Shown here in pieces: positions 26,201 to 39,600 of a DNA stretch of 64,000 bases (positions are counted from its first letter, which is position 1; every line of letters begins with the position of its first letter). Origin of the DNA: Asterias rubens (lineage: Eukaryota); assembly GCF_902459465.1 (NCBI RefSeq), contig NC_047081.1:4278001-4342000 (forward strand). Direction: 5' to 3'. The notes below the pieces were generated by a model, which did not search any database, had not been told where the DNA came from, and was given only the letters and a program-made list of their open reading frames with translations. The position numbers and the translations under genes are program-made.

Positions 26201-29200
26201 ACATTTCAAACAGTGTATCGACTCATATTCAGTAACAGAGAGGGTACACTTTTTGGCTCTAAGGAGAATTTAGCATCCAAAACCTCAAGAGCATAATTTA
26301 AACAGGTTTAGATAATCAACTGCCTGACCTTGCTCAAACACTGCTTTAATGGTGACCTGATACCTTGGGATCAGCAGTGTAGCATACTCCTGAGAGCGAG
26401 CAGAGTAAACTGTTGGAAACGTCCAGATCTGAGTGGCGCTTTTCAGAGCCAAAACTCAAAAGGATTTTATTTAAAAATATGTATAAATGGTTGTAGCTGC
26501 AAGTTGACTTGTCTTACACCCCTTTCAGACAGGCGCGCTAGAGTCGCGCCGAACCAAATAGATAAGGAGCGACTCTAGGTCGACCCAAATAAATTATGGT
26601 TTCAGAAGGGCAAACTTAACATAACATTTACATTGGCTCGGCTCATGCGCTCCAGAGTCATTCTGAACGACTACAACAGTAGATTTTTCAACTTCTAGCA
26701 AGTCCAGTCGTTCCTAACTGTTTCAGACGTCAAACTTTTTATGTACTTCAGAATTTGGTTTGGCACGACTCTTGAGCACCTGTCTGAAACATGTGTTACT
26801 TACTATCTATGCATGCCCTATGTGATTAATCCTTTCTTCCACTCCACCAGGTGACCTTGTCTACAACATATTTCGTGGGCCATTGGAGCTTGTAATTGGT
26901 GTTGCTTTTGGCTGTATATCTGGTGTTGTGTTATGGTACTTACCAGACAGGTTTCAGGTAACCACCCTTAGTGTAGGTTATGAATTCTTAGTATTTAGTC
27001 TGACGATGATGTGGTGGCTTGAAAGTGAGAACTTCAATATTTCAAGTTTGAAATTCTTGGGGACACTAGGCTTCAGCAGACTTGCCATGTAAATCCATGG
27101 GAATATTCTCAGACTTTGTTCTGAATGGAAAAATTACTTTCTTTATCTGTGTCTCAAAGTCTCCAATTGCTGTCCATTTTGAAAACACTTGTATGCCTCA
27201 GCACGTACTATGTCTTGAAACTTAATGCTTTGTAAGATATAACACAAAATCTGTGAAACTTTGAGCCGAACACAAAAAAAAAGAAGTTTGTTTTGCATAA
27301 ATTGGGTGCCACCTTGTCAAGTTTGATTCTTTGTCATAGAGTTTCTTAACCAGAAACTGCTGTATATTTTCCTTTCAAAAAATGTGTTGAGCAGTTGTTC
27401 TGCTCGCAGAAACTCTGTGCCCCTTTTCAGATCCAAATATTTTGCTTGGGCTCCAGCTTTAGGCTGTCCTGCCTCTTTGGAATCCCTTTAAAAATTGCAC
27501 ATTCTTTTAAATAACTGACCAACATTGGAAACCTAACCTTGAACTCAGAGCTGTGTATTTAGGTAGTTGCGACATGGAGGGACTAGATTTCTTAAGTCAC
27601 TAGGTTGCTGGATGCCATTTTTGGTCAAAATGCAACACAGCCCAATGGGGAGCCTGGTCTGGCACCCAATGTGCAAACATGCGTTCTTCAGACCAAAAAT
27701 TGATTCTAATCGCAAGTTAACTCTCTCGATAAACAGCTTTGCCAGAATCCAAGCCAAGGCTGTGGTTTTGAAAAAGGCCTGAGAAATTTTGCTCCGAGTC
27801 ATGCAATTTAATGAAAATAGTAAATGTTTACAAAGCAGTGTACCAATTCATTGTCATATTACGTACAATACATTGGTTTTGGCTGGTTCCATATTAATTT
27901 ACTCTGTTTAAATTAAACTTACATCTCTTTAGACGTCCTTTGTGATGAGACAAACTCTTTTGCTCGTTGGTGGCGGACTGTTTGCAGTCTTTGGGAGCTC
28001 AGCGTTGAAGTTTTCCGGAGCTGGAGCTCTTGGCTGTCTCACTATGGCATTTGTTGCTGGACATGGATGGAAAAAGCAAAGGGTATATTGTTTCGTCTCT
28101 GTTTTTTTGTTACCGGAATATAAAGAAGTGCAAGTGATCTGTTATATACAGGACTACTCCCTATAAGACTGTAAGCGAAAAATTAATGGTAAGCAGATTA
28201 TTTTGCGCTTATGTATAAGGGTGCGCTTATTTGTAAGGGTATTTCACAGAATAGGATTGTTTGGTGTGTTTGTTCATTTCAGGTCACTAAAACATTCCTA
28301 ACTCCCAGAAACTTTCCTGTAGTTGAGTAATGGTGACCGCAAGCACAATATACAGCAGTCAGTAGTTGTTTGAAATTGGGAAGAAAATGTTGCTCATTAA
28401 TTTGCCATCTAAGTAAAAATTAGCAGAGAACCGGCAGATAAAATTATAATAAGCATGATTATTGTGAAATGTAGTTACATGTAAGTGTAATAATGTTGAT
28501 TGAACTTGGTTTTTCTAGGAGCCAGTAGAGAAGTACATCGGATGGTTATGGCTGCTCTTTGAACCACTTCTGTTTGGATTAATTGGTGCAGAGGTGGACA
28601 TTAATTCCATTCAACCTGCGACTATTGGTGAGAAAAATGTCGCTGTTAAATCAAAGGTTTATCAAGTTTCAGAGTAAACTTTCAAATTTGTTAGGATCCA
28701 TTATAAAACAAAAGTCATATTTGTTGAATTGTAGGGAAAAGCAACCACTGTGATTGTGTAGGTGAAGTGTAAATGGGCCTTTCTTGCTAAGAAATTCTAC
28801 ACTTGCAACCATCGTTCTTTACTCTCACAGCTTTGTGCCCAATTCCTAATAAAGCTGTGGAAATAAAAAAGGGTAATCCTTTGTGGACAAGCATTTTTCA
28901 AATTTCATTGTATCAAGCGAAATACACAAATGTCAATATCTATTTTTGTCAACACTAATCAGCTATCAGAGTAGGTAATGACATGCTCAATGCTACTTGG
29001 TTTGATCGAACAATGGGAGACGTTTGCAATGCTAGGTGGCAGCAGACTTAACAGGTAAGGTAAATTCCCATTGTATCCATAGTTCTGAAAAAGCATGCAC
29101 ATTTCTAAGAGAAACAGATGTACCATAAGTCTGCTGCCACCTAGTGTCCCCATACTTTGTTTCCCATTCTTTGGCGAAGCGATAATGGACATTAGAAAAG

Positions 29201-31416
29201 AACCAGTACAACCATTAAGGGGATATATACACTTATGGCTTCACCTTGAAGAGTGGTTTGATTTTACCATGACAGGTCTTGGAATTGCTACACTATTCAT
29301 TGGTTTGTTCTTCAGGCTAATAGCCACCTTCCTAGCCGTCTGCAGAGCCAAGATGAACTTGAAAGAAAAGATATTCATCTCCCTCGCTTGGCTGCCTAAA
29401 GCAACTGTACAGGTGAGTTGGTTCAAACAAAACTTGTTGTAGGTGACAGAAAAGTTAGTGGTAAGTCTGATTCCGTTGGTGTTCATTTCAGGGTCTGCCC
29501 AAATCAATGCACTATGGTGATTGAATGCCTATTTGTATGGACTCTGATGAAAATAGTTATGCATGGCCTCATGCTTAGCCCAAAATAGGACTCGTCCTCT
29601 GTGCTGTACTAAATACACTGTAGTATAAAACAAAACTGAAAGGCGCCAAGGGCTAGCCTCGTGCTAAGAAATTGGTTACTTTAGGGAGGGGGGATATTTC
29701 CATCAAAAACAAGGCAAGTTATGAGCCTTTTCAAAACCAAGGTATGGGCTCCCTCTGCTTCGGCTTGGGTTCAATCATCCGTGCAGATGTTGCACAGTGC
29801 TTTATCATAAAACAGAGCCGGAGTCAAGATTTGGAAAAGGCCCTATGAGGTGGATTTTAAATGATTTAGTTTTTTTTACATTCCATAAAGAATATGTTCA
29901 AAGACAGTGGACACTATTGGTTATTGTCAAAGACCAGTCTTCTCACTTTGTGTATCTCAACATATGCATAAAATAACCAACCTGTGAAAATTTGAGCTTA
30001 ATTGGTCGTCGAAGTTGTGAGATAATAATGAAAGAAAAAACACCCTTGTTACACGAAGTTGTGTGCAATTAGATGGTTGATTTCGAAACCTCAAATTCTA
30101 AATCTGAGGTCTCGAAATCAAATCCGTGGAAAATTACTTCTTTCCCGAAAACTATGGCACTTCAGACGGAGCCGTTTCCCACAATGTTTTATACCATCAA
30201 TCTCTCCCCACTACTCGTTACCAAGTAAGGTTTTATGCTAATAATTATTTTGAGTAATTACCAATAGTGTCCACTGCCTTTAACAGCTACTCAATGGATT
30301 TGGTTCAGTACAAAAGTTTGTAGAAATCCTATTACAGTGAGTCGTTTCTGTTTTGTTGTGTTGACAGGCAGCGATTGGGCCAGTGGCTTTAGACACAGCT
30401 ATCAAGCATCAAGCTGGAGAAGAATTTGTACTGCTTGGAACACAAGTAAGTAACATTTACCCAATTCACCAAATATTCTCAGTTGTGCCATTTGCGAGCC
30501 AATGTCGCTGTGATGTTCTAAGTGTGCAGTTAGGCAGGGTTCACACGCGCACTTTGTACGTGTAACTGTTAAATTTGATATAAAAATTTGAGAGTGTGGC
30601 AGGCCGTGGCTGCATGCAACATTGGTGTTAGGGTTCAGTACAAAAGTTTGTTACCCAATGAAGATGTTTTTTGTCAGCTCTAGATGCCACCATTGCTCAG
30701 GTGGTACCGGGCGTGTGTGTTGTGCAAATTCTCAAAATTGGAGTTGTGCTATTTTGACTGATAATGTGTACACTATATGCTAGTACTCACTCGGTATATA
30801 ATATTTTCAAAATCTCGTAGTGCATGGTACAACCCACAGTGTTTAAATCAACTTAATCAACTTATTATGGGGAAGTCACCGGTAAGCTGAAGTGCATTGG
30901 AAACAGCTGTTAAGTCAAGTCAGAATTAAAAGACCTAAACTTTTTACATGCATAGCCTAGGGTAGCCTTTGACCCTTCACATTAAACAGGCACGCACATT
31001 TTTTGCAGAATTCCTTTTTGCTTGAATATTAGTGCTGTAGAAACTGTACAAAGTAAAAAGAGCTTGAGCACTGCCTCTTCTCTTTGGAATCGACAATGTT
31101 ACACATCTGATTATACATAACTTTGAATCACTCTTCTTACTCTGCTTGTTTTTAGCTTTTGACTGTTGCAGTACTGTCCATCCTTATCACTGCGCCTTTG
31201 GGGGCCATTGCCATAGCGATGACTGGTCCACGCCTCCTCAGTAAGACCGCAAACGAAAAACCTGTCAACAACAACAAGCGCAGAATCGAGATCCATCATA
31301 TAGGGTCACCCATAAGTGATGAGGTTGTGGAACTCTCCCCAGTGCACCCTGGACCGGAGCATTCCATTCTGCTGAGGAGGGGTGTTGAGGCTGGCATTAC
31401 TGATGATACGCTGTAA
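23245..31416 (+). CDS. SLC9B2-like: SLC9B/NHA-family Na+(Li+)/H+ antiporter, paralog A (canonical DD motif), 9 coding exons, 653 aa
   Basis: Exons 23245-23917, 24542-24812, 25666-25841, 26851-26957, 27933-28082, 28519-28627, 29276-29412, 30368-30445, 31156-31416. GT-AG, phases consistent, 1962 nt. Family motifs: CPPHG, LPALLGMLIVGF, GFVLGAVTPAVIVP, GIPTLVIAAASCDDVLAIS (DD at 25784-25789), FEPLLFGLIGAEV, WLPKATVQAAIG, SILITAPLGA. Orthology to vertebrate SLC9B1 versus SLC9B2 is not resolvable here. Confidence 0.95.
24823..25013. mobile_element. Tourist/Harbinger-like MITE, TSD TTA
   Basis: TIRs of about 35 bp beginning AGCCCGGTTCATACTTCCTGCGAATGCGAATGCGA, with TTA at 24820-22 and 25014-16. Confidence 0.9.
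26517..26795. mobile_element. Tourist/Harbinger-like MITE, TSD TTA
   Basis: Imperfect TIRs of about 40 bp (CACCCCTTTCAGACAGG.. / ..CCTGTCTGAAACATGTG) with TTA on both flanks. Confidence 0.75.
29012..29163. mobile_element. MITE with CTAGGTGGCAGCAGACTTA inverted repeats (CTCF-core-like)
   Basis: Perfect 19-bp inverted pair at 29032-29050 and 29126-29144. A second, more decayed copy starts near 24161 (motif at 24177-24199). Outer boundaries are approximate. Confidence 0.7.
29723..29843. mobile_element. Tourist-like MITE (GGCCC family), TSD TAT
   Basis: TAT|GAGCCTTTTCAAAACC ... GATTTGGAAAAGGCCC|TAT. Confidence 0.7.
29902..30279. mobile_element. Kolobok-like MITE family A copy
   Basis: AGACAGTGGACACTATTGG ... 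CCAATAGTGTCCACTGCCT|TTAA, with the same interior as the other copies. Confidence 0.9.
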
Positions 31417-32257
31417 CCAGAAAAAGAGAGTGTGTGGTTTAGTATAAAATGCAAACAATGTGTACAGTTGAAGATACCTTTCCAGGCTGATAGTGTCCAT
31501 ATTCTACCACATTATTTTTAATATTATATAAAAGTATAGATCTATATTGAGGTTGGGTTATGAAAAGTACTTAAAACCAGTTGGTCATGTGATGTTCCCG
31601 TGGCGTTTCGGCTGCCTCGCTCCGCACTTGCATTGTGCCTTCGAAAAAAATTCCTATTTTTTTTTTTCAACGGGCAGTTGCATGCCTGTGAATTTCAACA
31701 TGTCGTTTGTGCACAACTTGTGCTCTTGTGTTCAATGTCAAAACAAAATAACACTCAGAGTCGTAGATGCAGGCTTCCATTAACTTAATTAGCGTCCTTA
31801 CTGGGATCAAACAAAGACCTAATAGTCTCCAGGGAACTTACTTACACTTAATTCTAACCTACACAATTTGTCACTGTTTCAAATTCTACCGAGGGAGCAT
31901 CTCAAAAATCAGGCCTGTATTAGAAACATTACATGGTTCCCGAAAGGCAGATGGTTGATAGCAATCGATGAACCGCCAGCCAGAACGTTCGGCTGGACAG
32001 CAACATTTGTTCGAAAGTTGGGAACAATCCTACCCGCGCATTAGCATTTTAGACATTCCAATGAAACGTTCCGACGGTCCAACTGACCAATGGATGTACA
32101 CGCACTTCATCCGTTCCTACGATTCGAGATGCTCCTGTAATAATAGCATTGTCTTTCCATGTATTCTAAACTACCTCACTTTTGAACCCTTTCATTACCA
32201 ATATTGAGTGTATGCTACAACTTGTTCATTTCTGTTTATCTGTGACTGCTACTGATG

Positions 32258-32580
32258 ACTGTGACTAACGAGTGGTCTAGTGCACCGGACTCGTATTATG
32301 GTGATATGATTAGCAGAGCTTGGGTCGTGTCCTGGTCTTGACACTTGAGCAAGCCTTTTGACCACTATTGCTTTGCTCTTCAGATGGAACAAAAGCTGTA
32401 GGTCCTGTGTGTTGTGTAAAGCACAGAAAAGAACCAAGCACACTTATCGTTAAGAGAAAGGGTTTGCCCGGTCATTTTTTTTTCTGGCAGTTTGGCTGCG
32501 AAATGCCCGAATCACCTTGCAAAACCTTACAAAAAATGGGTCTTTATATAAGTTCTAAACTGGCGCTTTTAAGTGTTCAT
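32258..32580 (+). mobile_element. tRNA-derived SINE (family D)
   Basis: A-box-like GAGTGGTCTAGTGC head and a shared body (GACACTTG..CTTGAGCAAG..AAGAACCCAGTGCAC). Further copies at about 44652-44930, 51506-51790, 42160-42270 (minus) and 61955-62200 (minus). Ends are approximate. Confidence 0.7.
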
Positions 32581-33180
32581 TAAAATCATGTTTGCCAACT
32601 TGGCTACTGGAGCTGCATACTCCTAAGGAGTTGAGATATTTCCAGGGATGCCAGGACGTGATAAACATGAGTAGTAGTGTACAATGTATTAATAATCGGT
32701 TTAAATGTTTCATTTAAAAAAAAGGTACGTCGTCACATTTGGTAACAAAGAACCAATATAAATGGGTTTTTTTGGTGAATGAAAGGGTTGGAAAGTTTCA
32801 CAGCACCGAGATTTCCGACCCATGTATTCTTTATTTTTGAATAAATTCTGTGACTTCCACGTAATATCATATTTGCCATGTATACATATTCAATGTACTA
32901 TGTAAATGTAGCTTGTACAATGTACATTCATTGTAAATGATACAAAGGTACTCAATTCATAACCCTATTTTTAGGATGAATGTTATTTTCCATGTTCTTC
33001 CAAGTGCACCAATTGTTTGGAAGGTACTTTTTAAATAATGTTATGCTATTTTGTTAACGTTTAAATAATACAATTGTTGTATCAGGTAAAAACTAAGAGC
33101 TCTGTGCCAAAACTAAGCACTCCCTGCCAAAACAAAAACCTGCTCATCAAAATATGAGATGAAAAGAAGGAATTAGCTTA

Positions 33181-33419
33181 CAATTTCATGGCTCTGCTTA
33201 CCCCCGAATTCTGCGCTTACGATCATGATTCCCCGCTCACGTGCAAGCGCCGAATTTCTGCGCTAGCCTTGTAAGCGTAGAATGCCTAGTAATGTGGAGT
33301 ACGCACGCGCAGAAGCGCAAATTGCCACTAATCCGTGAAATACGCTTGCTGTAAGCACAGAATTCCCTGCTTCCATAAGCGCCGAATCTGTGCTTACGGT
33401 AAGCAGAGCCATGAAATTG
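33181..33419. mobile_element. MITE with 21-bp inverted repeats CAATTTCATGGCTCTGCTTAC
   Basis: Perfect inverted pair at 33181-33201 and 33399-33419, with internal GCTTAC/GTAAGC repeats. The outer left end appears to be lost. Confidence 0.75.
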
Positions 33420-35672
33420 GGCCCTGGTTCTTGCTAAACATGTGTGTCTAAAATTCTTAACCCAAATTGTCAGTGGATTTGTCTGCACAATACTACAAAG
33501 CTCTGAGGATACAGTGCTGTTTAACTAAGACGTTGAGATGAAACATTGATAAAAATGTCTTCATTTTTAATGTCTTATGGATTAATGTTTCACAAGTGAA
33601 GTATTCATTTGTATATAAATTTTAAAGAGAAATATTTTTCAGATTTAAATAACTACCTTTCTTTCAAGTGTATATAAATAGTATGTAAATGAAACCTTGC
33701 TTTAAATACAACAGGTACTCAATTAATTATCAATATTGATTTGAAAATGAATTTTTAAGACTCGTTGATTAGACTTTTATTACTTAGATTTTATTTTCCT
33801 TTCAAGCTTTTGGGGAAAGTTAAACTAATTGTGTCAATCAAGGCATTTAATGCATCGGGTACTCCATAATAACATTGTGGTAATCATTGTTTCAGCCAAC
33901 TGAAATAAAATCATTTGTCATTTTTATGTCGCTGTACATTTGTTTTGCTTGGACGATTCAGAGCTTTATTTATTAATAATACCTTATTATAATACATGTG
34001 TGTGTTTTAGCCTCCCATACTGCTATATTTTTTGCTTAAATCATTTGTACATTCACTAATACAATGCAACAATTTTAACTTAATGTTTAATTATTAAAAT
34101 GTGCCATCAGTTGAAGGCTAGAGTTTGTTTTAGTTTAACATTAATTAATTCATCAATGGTATATTATTATCTTCAGATATGATTTTTGGAGCATCACAAA
34201 AAGCTGCCATACTTAGTGATGTTGCAGTATCCCTACCTTCATTTGTATGGTCACAGCAGCATACAATGTATACCCGGTAATAAGTTTGATTAAAAAGAGC
34301 TTAATTGCCCTGTGTGTTAAGCCATTATGGGCGCATGTGTTTGTGTACAAAAACCTATGCAAAAGCTGGCAAATCTGTACTTCTGCCAGTTATTCATTTC
34401 TCTGTGATATAGAATCAATACATTGGAACGAACGTAGTGCATATTTTGCAGGCATTGTGGTGTTTAGGCTTAACCACTGAGACACTGGACAGACTGATCT
34501 GTATGTTTCATGTTTTGTTTATTATCACTGATCTGACATCTTGGATTGGAGTTAGAAACTAAGCAACGAGGGCGGTATATAACAACTCTACATGCATAAA
34601 ACAAACCCTTGTATTCATAATATTATGTATATAAATTTCAACATAAGTTTTAAAAACTGACTTAGCCATGAGCATATTTACATCCAGGAATCCGTAATAA
34701 TGAATTTTTGTTGGCATTATTTAGTAGCCTGTTGTACGAAAGCAATACAAAATAAGGCAATAATTATGTCTGCAAACTTCAAATGAATTTATGTACGGCT
34801 TCATTCCCCGAAATTGTGTACAAACCACTAGTTTACACACACTCCCTATAAATGAAATGTGATCAATAAAATGTCATTGTTTCTTATTGAGTCATGTGGT
34901 GTTAGATTTCATCATGTCATTGATGAAAAGAAACATCTGCTTAGCCTCATGAGAGGTTGATATAATACAATTGCAAATAAAAAACATTGAATATATTTTA
35001 ACTTTTGAATGCATAAAAGTGTCTTTTTTTCCCCTCAGACTGTCTGAAGAGAACTAATTGTTTGTTTGTTTGTTTGTTTGTTCGAATGATCTTCCCATTA
35101 ATGGAACTCGGCAAACTCCCACAAAGGAATATAAACAGCAAGCTGGCAACAGCCAATCTCTCTCATACAAGCATTGGTTTAACGTCTATTATTATGAACT
35201 GCACAAATCAAGAAATTTTGATTCAGTAACTAAACAACAATATTTATTCAATTCATTGTGAAATCAGGGGTTAGCTGGGGGATTCAAACCTACAACCTTG
35301 TGATTGCAAGTCATGCAGTCTAATCACTTGACTGTCTCAATGTGATGTTTGATGAATTGTTTGTTGTGTGACCTTTACAGAAATATGATGAGGGTCAAAT
35401 TTTGTCGGCCAAATAGTGTGCACAAAGTGTGTACAAATGTAGAGATAAATAATGACCCCGGGTAGGCCTATGTACTTGCCAAGGGAAAATCAGCACATCA
35501 AAGTTTTAGTTTTGTTTCTATAAAAAAAAAAAAAAAATCACGTATTTGTGTCTGATAAAAAACTTGGGAACCAGTTTACAAAATGTCCCATCAATCACAC
35601 CACAAAGTTTGATTACAATCCCAACAAAAACCAAACACCACAACTTGCTTCAAAAAAGTGATTAGATATCTA

Positions 35673-35816
35673 CCAAAAGAGGGCGCTATTCAAAAAACAC
35701 GGCCTTGCGATTGTTGTATTGTGATTTTTCACCCACGGTTCATGCATATAATGTTGTTGGACTGCTGTCTGCTGCATGCACGATCAATCAGTCGAAGCCT
35801 ACCGGGTAAGGTAAGA
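35673..35816 (+). promoter_or_regulatory. Candidate non-coding first exon/promoter of paralog B
   Basis: CCAAAAGAGGGCGC at 35673, initiator-like TCAGT near 35788, and donor-like GTAAGG/GTAAGA at 35806 and 35811, about 0.8 kb before the acceptor at 36617. Confidence 0.3.
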
Positions 35817-36657
35817 TTTGACTTTTCCTCGCTATTCAGTGTGTTATTGTTCTTGGGTGAATGGTAGAGACGAAACTGTGGCACTTCCACTCTTGAAAAT
35901 GTTCTTCTGATTTTTTAAGAAAACAAACAAATTGGCAGGTGGTGAGGGGATTCGACGCATTGCAATTGCATTGTACATGTTAAATTGTTGTGTGTTGTGT
36001 GTTGACACTAATGTAGTAGATTTTAGTGCGATGCATAGCATGTAGGGGGTGGGAGGGAAGTCAAAACAAGACAACCATGAATGATCCACTGTAACCACAT
36101 CTGGTCGCACGATCATGAGAAATTAGGAATTCCAAAAACATGCCAGAGCAATATCCAATGCTTTTTAACTTTTAACAGTTGTCTCCCATGTTTTTTTGAT
36201 CGGCTTTTGTGTGGTGTAAAACTAAACTAAAACTCAAAAGGCAAAAGAAAATTTCCCTTTTTTTGTACATGATACATGTAGGCCTACAGCAGGGTCAATG
36301 ATTTTGTGCATTGTATTGTTTTGACCATAGTATTGTATTGTTTTTAAAACACAAATCCTCCAGTCTCAAACATTTTCAATCAAACTTTCCAAGCAATATG
36401 TGTCATCAACTGCCATAATTGATGATTTAATGTGCATGCGTGCAAGGCTATGCGTAGCACCTACACGTTTGCACATTTGCGTTGTTAATGCATCAAATAT
36501 GGTGGTTGGTGACGCATTGCAATTCATCTATAACATCAAATGTTTGTGGTCCTATTGAAAAAAGAAACAGCTCTTGACAATTTTTTTTCTTCTTTTCATT
36601 TTTGTAGCTATCTCAGGAAGGATATTGAAAGGGAATGCGAAACAGACCACAGTAATC

Positions 36658-39600
36658 ATGGGAGGCAACATTGTGTCCAAATCCTACAAGACGGCAAAAC
36701 GATCCGACCTTGAAGTCACCAATGTTGAAGATTACTCCGACCTCCGGAACGAGAAGAGCTCCTTTGACCAAACTCAGAATGCAACTGGCATCATCTCACC
36801 AGACACCAGCATTCCCTTGGAGGAGAATAGAGCAGATGATACCATGAGTGACAGTGAAGAGAATGCGCCCTGGCATGGCCTGCCGATGGGAATAAACGAA
36901 CATGGCAGTTTCACCGTCATCAACATTGACAATAATTCCTATCCAAATCACATTCCGGTTAAACCCACGCAGGAAAAAGACAATAAATGCTGTGTTGGAC
37001 TCCGTGAACGGTGTAAAATGGGGTGGAGGCCGTGCCTCACCAAATACAATCCCTTGTCTGAGTATCCGTCCAGACGAGCGAGTGTGAAATACGCCTGCAT
37101 GTGCCCGCCCCACGGAGTTCTTGCTAGGGTGGTTCTTATTATGGTGATTTTACTGCTGTTGTGGGCGATACTTTGGTCCATCACAGGGGCGGAGTCGTTG
37201 CCAGGAGGGAACCTTTTTGCCCTTTATATTCTTGTGGTGGTTGCTGCTATCGGCGGGATGATCGTTGAGTTCTTTCATCTACCAGCTTTGTTAGGTAAAC
37301 AAATAAATGTTTTTACTCCCTCTTCTTGAAAGAGTTTGTTTTACAAAGTTTTCAACAATTACTTGGAATGCATTCAAACAAACCCAGCCATGCAACCTTT
37401 TAGCTGATTTCCTTGTTCTTTAGGTCTCTCAGCTGTGTCAGTACAAAATGTTAAACACATTTCAAATTCTTGCTGTGCCTGGAACTTTCCTCTTTTCTGA
37501 CAAGTTGCAGTGTATGGCTGTAAACCAGACTTTTACAGTCTGTAAATTATTAAAGGCAAGGCGGTTTTATCTCAGTAAAGGGCATCATTTCTGCTGGAAA
37601 TTCTACTAGGGCACAAAGGCAATAACCTATTTCACTGTCACCGCCGGGGGACTTCCCACCATAGCCTCATGTTTTAAGTTTAAGAAATAATTCTGAATGA
37701 AGGCTTTTACCTGATAAAAAAGGTTCATTAGAATGTTACGGTGGACACTATTGGTAATTATTCAAAATAATTATTAGCATAAAACCTTACTTGGTGACGA
37801 GTAATGGGGAGCGGTTGATAGTATAAACCATTGTGAGAAACAGCTCCCTCTGAATTGAGGTAGTTTTCGAGAAAGAAGTAATTTTCCACGAATTTGATTT
37901 CAAGACCTCAGAATTAGAATTTGAGTTTCCGAAATCAAGCATCTGAAAACTGACACAACTTTGTGTGACAAGGGTGTTTTTCTTTCATTATCATCTCGCA
38001 ACTTTGATGACCGATTGAGCTCAAATTTTCACAGGTTTGTTATTTTACGCATGTATGTTGAGATACACCAAGTGAGAAGACTGGTCTTTGGCAGTTACCA
38101 ATAGTGTCGAGTGTCTATAACATGACAGGTGTAAAAAAGGTCACTTTAAAGTTAAACCTGCCCCATAATTTTTGGTTTAATGAAGATTGTAAAAAGGTGA
38201 AAAGCAAGATACAGGTAGGGAGTTTTACAGCAGTACAATATGTTTACATTAGGGAAAGGCTCCCATGAGGGAAAGGCTCCCAGAATATCTCATGTGGAAC
38301 AACCAGTGAAGCGATTCGGATGAGATGTGGTATACACTGCCAGCAAAATGTTGTATAGATGGTATGGTACAACCAATGGGAGACCTTGTGCTTTCATACC
38401 AGGCAAATTTTTAACCCTCAGAAAAAAAAGGAATTTTGTTGCTAAATAGTCTGAAAGTCTATCAAAGCTTTAAATGTACAAATAGGTCAGGCCTTGCACA
38501 TTCCCCATTTTTCCCAGGGTCCAAGTAAAAAGCCTGACATACCATGAAGGTACCTGTAGAGGAGGTTTGCTTATCAGGCTTTGTCCTTGAAAGGGCATGG
38601 GCACCAAGGCATTTTTTCTCCTTGGTACCCTATGAGGAAAATGGAAATGTCTACTGTGAGCATTTCAAGGGCACCAAGGCAAGTATCAGCCCTGGCTTGT
38701 AATGAACAGGGGGTTTGATATTATTATTTGGTATTGTCAAATTAAAGCCATTGGAAACTTTCTGAACAGAACAAAAATTCCAAGTTCACAGATTTACAAA
38801 TAACTTACAGGGTTTACAGAAGGTATTGGTGAAAGACTTCCCTTGAAATAGTATTCCATTATATACTATTATTACTTTTTGAGAAAATATTAAAAACAAA
38901 TATCAATTCTCGATATTGAGAATCACAGATTTATTTAAACACATGTCATGACACGGCGAATCTTGCGGAAACAAGAGTGTAATTTTCCGTTATTTTCTCA
39001 TGACTCTGATGACCGATTGAGCCTAAATTTTCACAGGTTTGTTATTTTGTATATAAGTTTGATACACGAAGTGTGGGCCTTTGGACAATACTATTTACCG
39101 ATTGCTTTAAAGTTCTTTTCTCCTTCCCTTATTTTTTATTTAGGTATGCTCATAGTTGGCTTCATGCTCAAGAATGTTTCTCGTATACAAATTGCTGATG
39201 ACATTGATCCTGGCTGGGCCTCAGCACTACGCAATATTGCCTTAGCTGTTATCTTGATCAAGGCAGGTCTCGGAATAGACGCTGGAGCTCTTCGTAAACT
39301 CAGTCTAGTGTGTGCTCGTCTGGCACTGGTGCCATGTATAATGGAAGCAGTGACAGTCGCTGTGGCTGCGCATCTATTGCTGGGTTTTGGCTGGGATTGG
39401 GCATTTATGCTTGGGTAAGCATTAGCGCTTTTATCTGGTTGGAACTCATGTTAAAAGTTTACTTGAAAGAAGACTATCATAGGTTTTCTAAGACCCCCTT
39501 CCTACTGGACCCCGATTTGATCTCCCAATTTCGAAAGGATGATCAAAGGGCAATCAACAAAAAACAGGTTTTGTGGGAACGCGAGGGCCATCAAGATCTG

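Noticed and set aside
30059-30241. Recurrent similar ORFs (LRSRNQIRGKLLLS) at 30059, 50915, 59314 and 62472
   Set aside because: All lie inside family A MITE copies, differ in frame and length, and show no DDE domain.
38948-39143. N-terminal part of the 156-aa ORF at 38948 as an NHA extension
   Set aside because: It derives from a Kolobok-like MITE and intron sequence. The true acceptor is at 39143/39144.
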